Source of the DNA: Candidatus Baldrarchaeum yapensis
GTDB lineage: Archaea > Asgardarchaeota > Baldrarchaeia > Baldrarchaeales > Baldrarchaeaceae
DNA length: 16,210 bases
Reading direction: 5' to 3'
NCBI GenBank assembly: GCA_016840465.1
Contig: JAEOSH010000050.1
Coordinates: 1-16,210 of the forward strand
The position numbers and the translations under genes are program-made. Below the pieces are notes generated by a model. The model did no database searches and was not told the DNA's origin. It saw nothing but the letters and a program-made list of their open reading frames with translations. Position 1 is the stretch's first letter; each line of letters opens with the position of its first letter. Below are positions 1-7,316 of this stretch, piece after piece.

Positions 1-188
1 GGACATAATATTCTGTTAATTAATTACGATTTTGAATTCAATTTATATAATCAAATCTCTCTATCGTGAGAAAATGAGATTAATTTCACGCAGGATCACT
101 GGTGTTTTTGATGTTCCATTTAAAAGCAAATATTTGACCACCGAAAAATAAGAGTTGTAAGTGCAGGATGATGTGCCTAGAAATTTCA

Positions 189-776
189 TCACTTTACTTT
201 CTTTTTTGGAATCCTTACCTCAACGACTCTGTTCTTAAAGTTCACTTGCATTTTAGAGGTGTCGATGTCTTGTGGCAGTTGCGTTTCATGTATCAACCTT
301 CCATCGCAGTAAATCCTTATGGCTCCCTCATGCGGTTCAACTCTTATGCTTTCCTTGTCGGTCGTTGGAACTTCAGCTACGACTACCACCTCGTTGTTCA
401 TCTCTATTACGTCAAGGAGTAAGCTGTCGTTTTCGGTTTGCGGAAATGGCATCGGAGGGTTTATGGGAAACGGGGGCTCTGGAGCTGGTAATGGAAGCGG
501 CATCAGTGGAGGTGATCTTCTAGTATTGTCCTGCCGCGGTGCTTCTTCGATGTACTCGTGAACTTCGGGCTCTCTGCTCCTATCGGTGGATTTCCACTCC
601 CTGACTATCCTTCGTCCATCAGGAAGTATTACCTCTTCTCTTCCGTATGCGATATACCTTTGGAGGACCTTCGTGCCGATTTTATTGTCGATTTCGGGGG
701 TTTCTCTCATCAATGTGCGCAGGAGGCGATCGAAGAAACTCATGATTCTTTTTACATCTTCACTCCACCAGTACAT
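189..776 (-). CDS. Atypical small heat-shock (Hsp20/alpha-crystallin-like) protein with Pro-rich linker, 195 aa
   Basis: The C-terminal ~85 aa fit the alpha-crystallin pattern (LLLDVIEMNNEVVVVAEVP...VNFKNRVVEVRIPKK). N-terminal ILPDGRRIVREW resembles IGPDGKPVVREF of the hsp20 at 15213. Start moved from 785 to ATG 776 because GGAGGTGA (782-789, minus strand) lies 5 nt upstream. Confidence 0.78.
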   Translation of the reverse strand: MYWWSEDVKRIMSFFDRLLRTLMRETPEIDNKIGTKVLQRYIAYGREEVILPDGRRIVREWKSTDRSREPEVHEYIEEAPRQDNTRRSPPLMPLPLPAPEPPFPINPPMPFPQTENDSLLLDVIEMNNEVVVVAEVPTTDKESIRVEPHEGAIRIYCDGRLIHETQLPQDIDTSKMQVNFKNRVVEVRIPKKKVK

Positions 777-796
777 GATGGTCACCTCCTTGTGAT

Positions 797-834
797 GGTC
801 ACCATTTATTGACCAAGGTCATATAATGGTGACC
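797..834. promoter_or_regulatory. Double palindromic operator: two GGTCA-N8-TGACC units 2 bp apart
   Basis: GGTCACCATTTATTGACC (797-814), AA, GGTCATATAATGGTGACC (817-834). The whole 38 bp is itself a near-perfect inverted repeat. It lies between two divergent starts. Confidence 0.75.
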
Positions 835-842
835 TATATATA
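835..842. promoter_or_regulatory. TATA box, possibly bidirectional
   Basis: TATATATA between divergent genes, about 35 nt upstream of ATG 877 and directly next to the operator. Confidence 0.55.
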
Positions 843-876
843 AGTTTATCGCTAATCACATAATGAGGTGAGCAAC

Positions 877-1356
877 ATGGATATCGACGATTACATGAGG
901 TACATGGAGGAACTACTGGAGAGATTGCGAGTCTTGATGACGCAAAACTGCATAAGAATACTTCAAATGCTGGAAGAGCCAAAGTACTGGACACAACTTG
1001 TGGAAGAGTTGAATATGCACAGGTGGCTCGTTAAGAGATATCTAGATAAACTGCTTGAGGTCGGTTTGGTGGAGAGTTTCGTAAAACCGTCGGAACGTGG
1101 ACCACCTAGGCGGTATTACAGGCTTGCTAAAGAACTTGCTATCCTCTTTATAATATCATCGAATGGCGTTTTTATTCGTGAAATCCCCCTAAGTAGCAAT
1201 GAAGTTGCCATTCAGGAGGTTTTAAAGAAGTATCCATCGGTTAGGCGCATCCTCGAGATCGGGCAAGAAATCCCACACGAGGAAATTGAGAAGGAAATAA
1301 ATTCACTTACGCTAGCAATAAGACTTCTACTATCGTTGCGCAGATCCAAACGATAG
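877..1356 (+). CDS. Winged-helix (ArsR-like) transcriptional regulator, Phr/HSR1 heat-shock regulator-like, 159 aa
   Basis: wHTH pattern IRILQMLEEPKYWTQLVEELNM...YLDKLLEVGLVESFVKPSERGPPRRYYRL resembles Pyrococcus Phr (from recall). GAGGTGA precedes ATG 877. Divergent from an Hsp20-like gene. Confidence 0.75.
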   Translation: MDIDDYMRYMEELLERLRVLMTQNCIRILQMLEEPKYWTQLVEELNMHRWLVKRYLDKLLEVGLVESFVKPSERGPPRRYYRLAKELAILFIISSNGVFIREIPLSSNEVAIQEVLKKYPSVRRILEIGQEIPHEEIEKEINSLTLAIRLLLSLRRSKR

Positions 1357-1972
1357 ATTTTCGAAGAAAAATGAAGGTTGCTAATGTGTCATTGCGGAGA
1401 ATCTGCACTATTAAAATCTACCTATAATTTGGAAGTTACCGAAGTCCTCATGTTGATCGTGGCGTCGATCGCGTACTTCTTTATACCTTCGAATCTGAGG
1501 AATCGCGGGGGTATTTCCTCAGGATCTGGAGAGCGATCACTTTGAATTTGACGTACTTCGGCAAAACGCGTGGGCTCGACAGCGGAGCACATGCATTCTT
1601 GAGAATTCCCTAAGTAATTGAGGTGTTTCGTTAAAGAATTCCCTAAACTCTGTGTTACACGTTATTCTTTCGAGAAGCCTTAATGGTTTTTCATGTTTTT
1701 ATGGGGGAACCGCATGTCTATCTGCCTTCGTGGCTTGGATAAATACGTATGAGAAAGTTCAGTTTTTTGTCACTATACGTATCACGGATTCGGGCGGCGC
1801 GGTTTGTGCACAAAGAGAACGCAAATTTTGGACGAATTGATCTTCCGTGATAATGTTGCTGACGCAGGAGGATGAGTGCAGTTCTGAAAGAGAGGGACAT
1901 CCTCTCCTGTCAGTTGGTTGGCGGTATATATGAGTGCTGACCGCGCCCTTCTACTTTTTGCCCTACCTGTCA

Positions 1973-1989
1973 TAGGTAATCGTTACCTT
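1973..1989. promoter_or_regulatory. Palindromic operator resembling a DtxR/IdeR box
   Basis: TAGGTAA-TCG-TTACCTT contains perfect AGGTAA/TTACCT arms. With flanks (1972-1990) it matches 15/19 positions of TWAGGTWAGSCTWACCTWA. Confidence 0.45.
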
Positions 1990-2031
1990 GACGAAAGACA
2001 ACCTTTTGGTGGGGCCCAGTTCATCGAAGGA

Positions 2032-2038
2032 TTTATAA
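2032..2038 (+). promoter_or_regulatory. TATA box of the ECF operon
   Basis: TTTATAA preceded by purine-rich GAAGGA (BRE-like), about 45 nt upstream of ATG 2084. Confidence 0.55.
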
Positions 2039-2055
2039 GTATGTTCTAGGGTATG

Positions 2056-2072
2056 TAGGATAAAATATCCTA
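2056..2072. promoter_or_regulatory. Second palindromic operator over the predicted transcription start
   Basis: TAGGATA-AAA-TATCCTA is a perfect 7-bp inverted repeat with a 3-bp spacer, the same geometry as 1973-1989. Confidence 0.55.
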
Positions 2073-2083
2073 GAGGGCAAAAG

Positions 2084-2653
2084 ATGAACAGGGTGCAGGA
2101 ACTCTCTGTTACAGCGGTTCTTTCAGCGGCTGCTGCATCTCTAAGAATAATAAAGCATCTAATCGCCGGTCCAATACAGTTCGTGAATATACCCGCAGTA
2201 TTTGCGATAATCGGGGGCGCTGTTTTTGGAGCAAGGATCGGATTTTTAGTGGGGCTGTTTTCCTTTGTTATTTCCGACTTCATACTTGGACCAGGCCCTT
2301 GGACGGCGGTTAATTCTATACTTTGCGGCCTCATTGGTGTCATTTCATCGGTTCTATGGTACGGCGAGACGAGTGTAAGCAGACTTGAGGTAGGCGCAAC
2401 CACGTACTTACTATTGTTCATGAACGACATCCTTAACTCTATGATCCTCTATCTGCTGTTAGGATTTTCCATACAGCAAGCGGCCATCATATCGGTCGTT
2501 GGTTTGTTCTTACCAATTGCAGGTGGATGGATGTTTTTCGTGGGGCCAATCACCGAGGGAACCACATCAGTACTTGCCGCCACACTCATGCCAGAAATCA
2601 GAGAGAGGTTGCAATACGTGTTACCAACGGGTGAGAGCGTTGAGAGAGAGTAG
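2084..2653 (+). CDS. ECF transporter substrate-specific (S) component, possibly CbrT-like (cobalamin)
   Basis: 189 aa, highly hydrophobic. It has the ECF-S pattern (GPIQFVNIPAVFAIIGGAVFGARIGFLVGLFSFVISDFILGPGPWT). No EcfA/T genes in the window. Confidence 0.75.
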   Translation: MNRVQELSVTAVLSAAAASLRIIKHLIAGPIQFVNIPAVFAIIGGAVFGARIGFLVGLFSFVISDFILGPGPWTAVNSILCGLIGVISSVLWYGETSVSRLEVGATTYLLLFMNDILNSMILYLLLGFSIQQAAIISVVGLFLPIAGGWMFFVGPITEGTTSVLAATLMPEIRERLQYVLPTGESVERE

Positions 2654-2663
2654 AGCGTTTCTC

Positions 2664-3092
2664 ATGCTGACGGTGGCAATTCTCGTAACGATCTTAGGGG
2701 CATTCATCTCTCATTGGTGTCTAATGGAGAATGGAAAGTCACTGGCAATAAGCGGGGAATCCGGGGAAGGTATCTGGCCAAAATTAGTTTTAAACGTCAC
2801 AGTGGTGATAGACTATGAAAATGGTACTGTTGAGAGGCATATCATCGAGAGACTTTTCTATCCTCATGTGACCGTATTTGATGCGCTGATTGCAGTTGCA
2901 AATGTAAGCTATCGGTATTATGGGGATTTAGTTTTTGTAGAGGGGATTAATGGAGTGTTCAATAATGAGAATAACAATGGCCGATACTGGCAGTACTGGA
3001 TAGATGGAGAGTATGGGCAGGTTGCCGCGAATAAGTGTATTTTGAATAATTGTAGTGTTGTTGAGTGGAGGTACGTTCCTTCACAATTTTAG
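2664..3092 (+). CDS. Membrane-anchored DUF4430 (transcobalamin C-terminal-like) protein, 142 aa
   Basis: N-terminal hydrophobic anchor, then TVFDAL...YGDLVFVEGINGV...YWQYWIDGEYGQVAANKCILNNCSVVEWRY, typical of DUF4430. ATG 2664 lies 10 nt after the ECF stop, so the 2499 start in the ORF track is rejected. Confidence 0.75.
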   Translation: MLTVAILVTILGAFISHWCLMENGKSLAISGESGEGIWPKLVLNVTVVIDYENGTVERHIIERLFYPHVTVFDALIAVANVSYRYYGDLVFVEGINGVFNNENNNGRYWQYWIDGEYGQVAANKCILNNCSVVEWRYVPSQF

Positions 3093-3107
3093 GAGGTGAT
3101 AAACTAC

Positions 3108-3869
3108 ATGTTTAAGCGGAAAAGTTGCTCACACTGCCCACATCTGGTAATAGCGGCACTTGTGGTGTTCCTGCTATTGTTAATGGTGGTTTGCCCATCA
3201 GCATACGCAGTACCGACTGGTGGCTTGCCCATTAAGGAGGGGGACGAGTTTGTATGGGAAATTACGAGGGCGAATGGCTCACCAGCGTTCTGGTGGCATA
3301 CGTATCCCAATGGTAGCTACGAGACAATAACGTACACGTTCGAGAAAGGAGGCCTGCTGAAGTTTAAGATTACAAAGATCACCGAGGAAGAAGTGTACGG
3401 CTCATTAACTGTTGGGAACCTTACGCTTGACAACACCACGCTCTCCGAGATAAGTTGCAACTTAGCGCTTGCACCATGGCCCTATCACAAGGTATTCTCA
3501 CTAATGGTACCGACAGATTGGGAGTATCTCTCAAAGGTTGCACGTGAGAACATGAGTCTGACCGTGAGTGAGAGGGACATTTGGTACTTTACAGGGTCGT
3601 CGTTATGGCATCTACACGTGGTTATTATTAGCGGGACGTTTAAGGGGTTTGCCGAACAACAGGTCTATCTCGTATATGATAAGCAGAGCGGAGTGTTAAT
3701 CGAAGGGATGGGCAAATTTGGCAACTTTGAGATATACCTAGAACTGAGAGATGTGAAAAGTGATGCCTTCAGACCCTTGAACTTCATACTTGTGATTGTA
3801 GGTGTTTCCATAGCCGTTGTGGTTATTTTGATCGCAGCACTGAGTTTAAGAAGAAGGGTGCCCAAATAA
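3108..3869 (+). CDS. Secreted/surface protein with signal peptide and C-terminal transmembrane anchor, 253 aa
   Basis: GGAGGTGA (3092-3099) overlaps the upstream stop. Basic n-region, hydrophobic h-region, AYA cleavage site. Aromatic beta-rich body with YDKQSGVLIE. C-terminal TM followed by RRRVPK. Confidence 0.7.
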   Translation: MFKRKSCSHCPHLVIAALVVFLLLLMVVCPSAYAVPTGGLPIKEGDEFVWEITRANGSPAFWWHTYPNGSYETITYTFEKGGLLKFKITKITEEEVYGSLTVGNLTLDNTTLSEISCNLALAPWPYHKVFSLMVPTDWEYLSKVARENMSLTVSERDIWYFTGSSLWHLHVVIISGTFKGFAEQQVYLVYDKQSGVLIEGMGKFGNFEIYLELRDVKSDAFRPLNFILVIVGVSIAVVVILIAALSLRRRVPK

Positions 3870-3982
3870 TCAAATAATCCTCATTCTTCAATATTTTTAT
3901 TTGTGATCCATTATCTAAATCGTGTTTCTCATAAAATGCATGAATACGTACGTACGAGTAGCAAGATGAGCGAGGTCACCAC

Positions 3983-4381
3983 ATGAGTTCAGCTTCACGC
4001 TACAAGGATTGGTTCTCGGAGGCGGAGGACGATTTTAAAGCGGCACTTCTATTAAAAGAGGGAAAAATGTATGGGAAGGCTTGTTTCTTTGCGCAACAGG
4101 CTGCGAAGAAGGCTTTGAAGGCATTACTTTTAAAATTGTATAAAACTTACGAAGATACGCACAGTGTAATGAAATTATTGTCAAAGCTAAGCGGGTTTTT
4201 GAAATTAGACGATAAATTGCGCGCATGTGCACAGTTACTTGATAGACATTACCTTCCCCCTAGGTATCCGAATATGTGGCCATCTGGTGCACCTCATGAA
4301 TTTTATAACGAGGGGGATGCCGAGGAGGCGATCGACTGTGCAAGAAGAATTCTTGAACTCGTTAGACGGCATATTACATGA
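3983..4381 (+). CDS. HEPN domain protein (HEPN-MNT toxin-antitoxin-like pair)
   Basis: WFSEAEDDFKAA...ACFFAQQAA-KALKALL...HSVMKLL...LDRHYLPPRYPN...AEEAIDCARRIL. GAGGTCA precedes the ATG. Confidence 0.9.
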   Translation: MSSASRYKDWFSEAEDDFKAALLLKEGKMYGKACFFAQQAAKKALKALLLKLYKTYEDTHSVMKLLSKLSGFLKLDDKLRACAQLLDRHYLPPRYPNMWPSGAPHEFYNEGDAEEAIDCARRILELVRRHIT

Positions 4382-4802
4382 TATTAAGAGAAGGAATCCC
4401 TCATTTGATGAAATTGATGGTTTAAAGAAACTAATACTTGAGATACTTCGCAAATATAAGCCAAAAGCCATTATAATAGCGGGATCGCTCGCTGAGGGAA
4501 AGTGGATAAGAGGGATGAGTGATATTGATATTCTTGTCATAACAGATGCTGTTCGGGGCGAGAAACTCACTATGCGCTCATTCATTACTAGCATAAACGA
4601 GGTTGATGCGCAGGTTTCTATGTTTACGGAAGAGGAAGTTTTAATGGGCATGGACAATTTGAACTTCTTCTTCATTTCGGCGATTTATTACGGGATTCCC
4701 GTTTATGGTAGTGAATGTTATCAAAGGCTCAAAATGCATTTAGAGAAAATGATTTCGGAGCGTAAAATCAAGAGAACAGAATATGGTTGGGTTTTTGAAT
4801 AG
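4338..4802 (+). CDS. Minimal nucleotidyltransferase (MNT), partner of HEPN; start uncertain (GTG 4338, ATG 4317 or TTG 4353)
   Basis: IIIAGSLAEG...SDIDILVI carries the pol-beta GS...DxD motif. Overlaps the HEPN 3' end. GAGGAGG (4322-4328) precedes GTG 4338. Confidence 0.85.
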   Translation: MQEEFLNSLDGILHDIKRRNPSFDEIDGLKKLILEILRKYKPKAIIIAGSLAEGKWIRGMSDIDILVITDAVRGEKLTMRSFITSINEVDAQVSMFTEEEVLMGMDNLNFFFISAIYYGIPVYGSECYQRLKMHLEKMISERKIKRTEYGWVFE

Positions 4803-4821
4803 AAATTAGGAGGGCCCCATT

Positions 4822-6688
4822 TCACTCGGGAAGTTTTATGTCCTTGGTATATTTTTCAAGCCCTAATTCCCTTACTTTACTCCTTGTCGGTCTTCCGTCC
4901 TTCCATCCTCTGAGTTTATAGTACTCCCCGAGCATTCTATCCAAGTGAACCACTTGGCCCTTCGATAGGCCTCTGGGTATGGGTTCCTCCAAGAACCTCT
5001 TCGGAAGAGTATCGTATTCCTTACCGTCGCCGAAACTTTTCACGTTAAATATTCTCTCGGCGTTGTATATCCTTTCTCCGATTTTTAGGAGTTCTTTCCA
5101 TGTTATGTCCCATCCGGTTACTGCTCCGAGTACCTCCGCAAGGTGTGGAAGTTCAAAGACATACGTTATGAACTCGCAAACTATCATGCTATCGACGGCG
5201 GCCTTAAGGTTCTGAGAGTACACGACAAGTTTTGCCCTGTTTTCTTCTGATAATCTATCGGGATATTCGAATAGGGCGTAGATCTCCCTCTTAATGGTAT
5301 ATCCCCTCAAATGGCAACCTCCTCTATTACTGGTGGCATAGGATAGTGCTTGTCCTTTCGCACCCCTGGGATCGTAGGCCGCCCATGTTTGCTTCCTCAC
5401 GGTGGGCGCTATATCGGTCATGTTATATTTCTTTGCAAGTCTGTATGCCCCCCTCGGCTAGCAGGTTTCCGATTCCTTTCCTATAGGCTATTAGCTCTAT
5501 AAGCCTGAAAACGGCGTCTTCATTCCCCCATACCGGCTTTAGTCCCTCAAGATCACTCAACTCGGAGTCTTTAATAATTCCTCTCTCGTATAACTCGAAG
5601 AGGAGACCGATGGTACCTCCGAGTTCTATGGTATCCAATTCCAGTTCGTTTGCCATATAATTTACCTTAGCGACCGCCTTTAGGTTGAACATTTCCAAAT
5701 TTGCTCCGAGCATGGCAAGGGTTTCGTACTCTGGGCCCGCCCCTTCTCCCTTATACTTCTCGTCCTCAACCCTAGTGTACTTGCCGCATCCCATTGGGCA
5801 ATAAGCGCATGGGTCATTGCTTACTAGGATCGTTGCCGCCATAAGTTCCCTACTTATGTTATGGGCTAACTCGTGGTATCCGTATCTGAAGTTTCTTACC
5901 GGGAGTATACCTGCTTCGTTGATGAAAGTTATGGCCATAGGTGTTCCAAGTATCGGGAATATTGCAGTTGCTACGGCGTTTTCTCCGATAATTTTTCAGA
6001 TGGTGCTTAACTACCTCCCTGAACCTTTCTTCATCCTTCATCGAGGGTCTAAGGGTGCCCCTCACGGCTATTGCCTTTAACTTCTTAGAACCCCAAAACC
6101 GCCCCATGACCTCCCCTTCCGACTGCTCTTCCTCCATCCACCATCAGAGATGCGTACAACACCTTGTTTTCTCCAGCCGAACCTATTGAAAGCACGCTCA
6201 CCTTCTTGTCTCCCAGTTCCTCCTCAATGATTTTTGTTGTTTCTCTAGTGGTTTTTCCCCACAGGTCTTTAGCGCTTCTTATTTCGACCTCCCCATCACG
6301 TATCCATATCCAGACGGGCTCCTCTGACGCCCCCTCAATTATAATTCCGTCAAATCCGGATTGCTTGAGTTATGCCCCAAAGTGACCCCTGCGTGAGAAT
6401 CGTGGACTGTTTCGGTCAAGGGGGACTTTGTGACGCTAACCCATCTTCCAGACGTTGGATATCTCGCGGCGGTGACCAGTCCTGTGAGGATGAACAACTT
6501 GTTTTCCGGGCTCAGGGGATTGACTTTCGGATTCACTTCCTCCAGCATATACCATACTCCGAGACCCCGTCCCCCCACCCACTTTCTTAGCACATCCTCC
6601 TTGGGCAGTGATTCGATGGATACCTTTTTCTTAGTTAGATTCACGCGTATAATTTTCCCCAGTATCCTCCCGGATATTCATCCGTCAT
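4822..6688 (-). pseudogene. aor: Tungsten aldehyde:ferredoxin oxidoreductase family gene, disrupted
   Basis: Reassembled pieces read GGYWGKIIRVNLT..WVGGRGLG..KSPLT..SHAGGHFG..GFDGIIIEG..GRGGHGAVLGSKKLKAI..GPEYET..ELDTI..YDPRG..NRGGCHL, about 621 aa. Lesions: single-base indels at 6653-56, 6386-89, 6091-94, 5992-96 and 5448-53, plus an in-frame TAA at 6370-72. Confidence 0.92.
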
Positions 6689-6704
6689 ATATTTCACCCG
6701 CTGG

Positions 6705-7187
6705 TCATTCTAATGCTTCTGACGATGGTATTTGGGACGATGCGACCGCCTTTCGCATGATTGCCTTGTAGGCCTCTCTTGTTATGATTATATCTGTTGA
6801 CAGTTTTCTTCCCATCAGGAAAGCTAAAAGTATCCCAATTAGAAACGCCACCACCGCGAAGATTGCGTTCAATAGTATTGAGTACTCCTTGAGAGGTGTT
6901 GCTTGGGATGTAAGCATGTACACTCCGCATAAGGTGGCTATAAAGAGAATTGCCTGTGGTGCTATGAATTTCACTGGCAATTTTAACTCTTTTATTCTTA
7001 CGAAGAACTCAGCATCCGAGGAGTCCCTTAAGAGAGCCCTGCCATCGAGCAAAATCACAACCCTAGCCCTTCCGGGAATCACGGCTGCAATCGCGCCGGA
7101 TATGAATCCTCCCACGAGCGCAATGATCATACCCACAAATTCGGGAGGAGGTCCCAGAATTCCCGGCATGTCCATCCCCACCAGCAT
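6705..7187 (-). CDS. Hypothetical membrane protein, about 3 TM helices, 160 aa
   Basis: Three hydrophobic segments (MIIALVGGFISGAIAAVI; AILFIATLCGVYML; ILLNAIFAVVAFLIGILLAFL). The stop lies 16 nt before the aor start, so co-transcription is likely. Confidence 0.65.
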   Translation of the reverse strand: MLVGMDMPGILGPPPEFVGMIIALVGGFISGAIAAVIPGRARVVILLDGRALLRDSSDAEFFVRIKELKLPVKFIAPQAILFIATLCGVYMLTSQATPLKEYSILLNAIFAVVAFLIGILLAFLMGRKLSTDIIITREAYKAIMRKAVASSQIPSSEALE

Positions 7188-7316
7188 TTATCCTCTTTAA
7201 TTTATTGCAAGCAAAATGTAAAGGTTACGGGGATGTGTATGGACGTTTTACTCGTTTTGTGTCTAATTCCGAATTATCATCGCCTATTAATGCCCCATAC
7301 ACTATCATTCGGGTTG

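Noticed and set aside
1424-1594. 56-codon minus-strand ORF containing KKYAIDAT (DDE transposase- or UbiD-like word)
   Set aside because: One short motif, no further catalytic residues, no terminal repeats and no clear start signal. It cannot be assigned without a search.
1602-1646. 12-bp direct repeat AGAATTCCCTAA (1602-13, 1635-46)
   Set aside because: Only two copies, with repeat and 21-nt spacer too short for CRISPR. No cas genes and no element between them.
5423-6688. Selenocysteine readthrough or programmed frameshifting to rescue aor
   Set aside because: The internal stop is TAA, not TGA, and five shifts in both directions would be needed.
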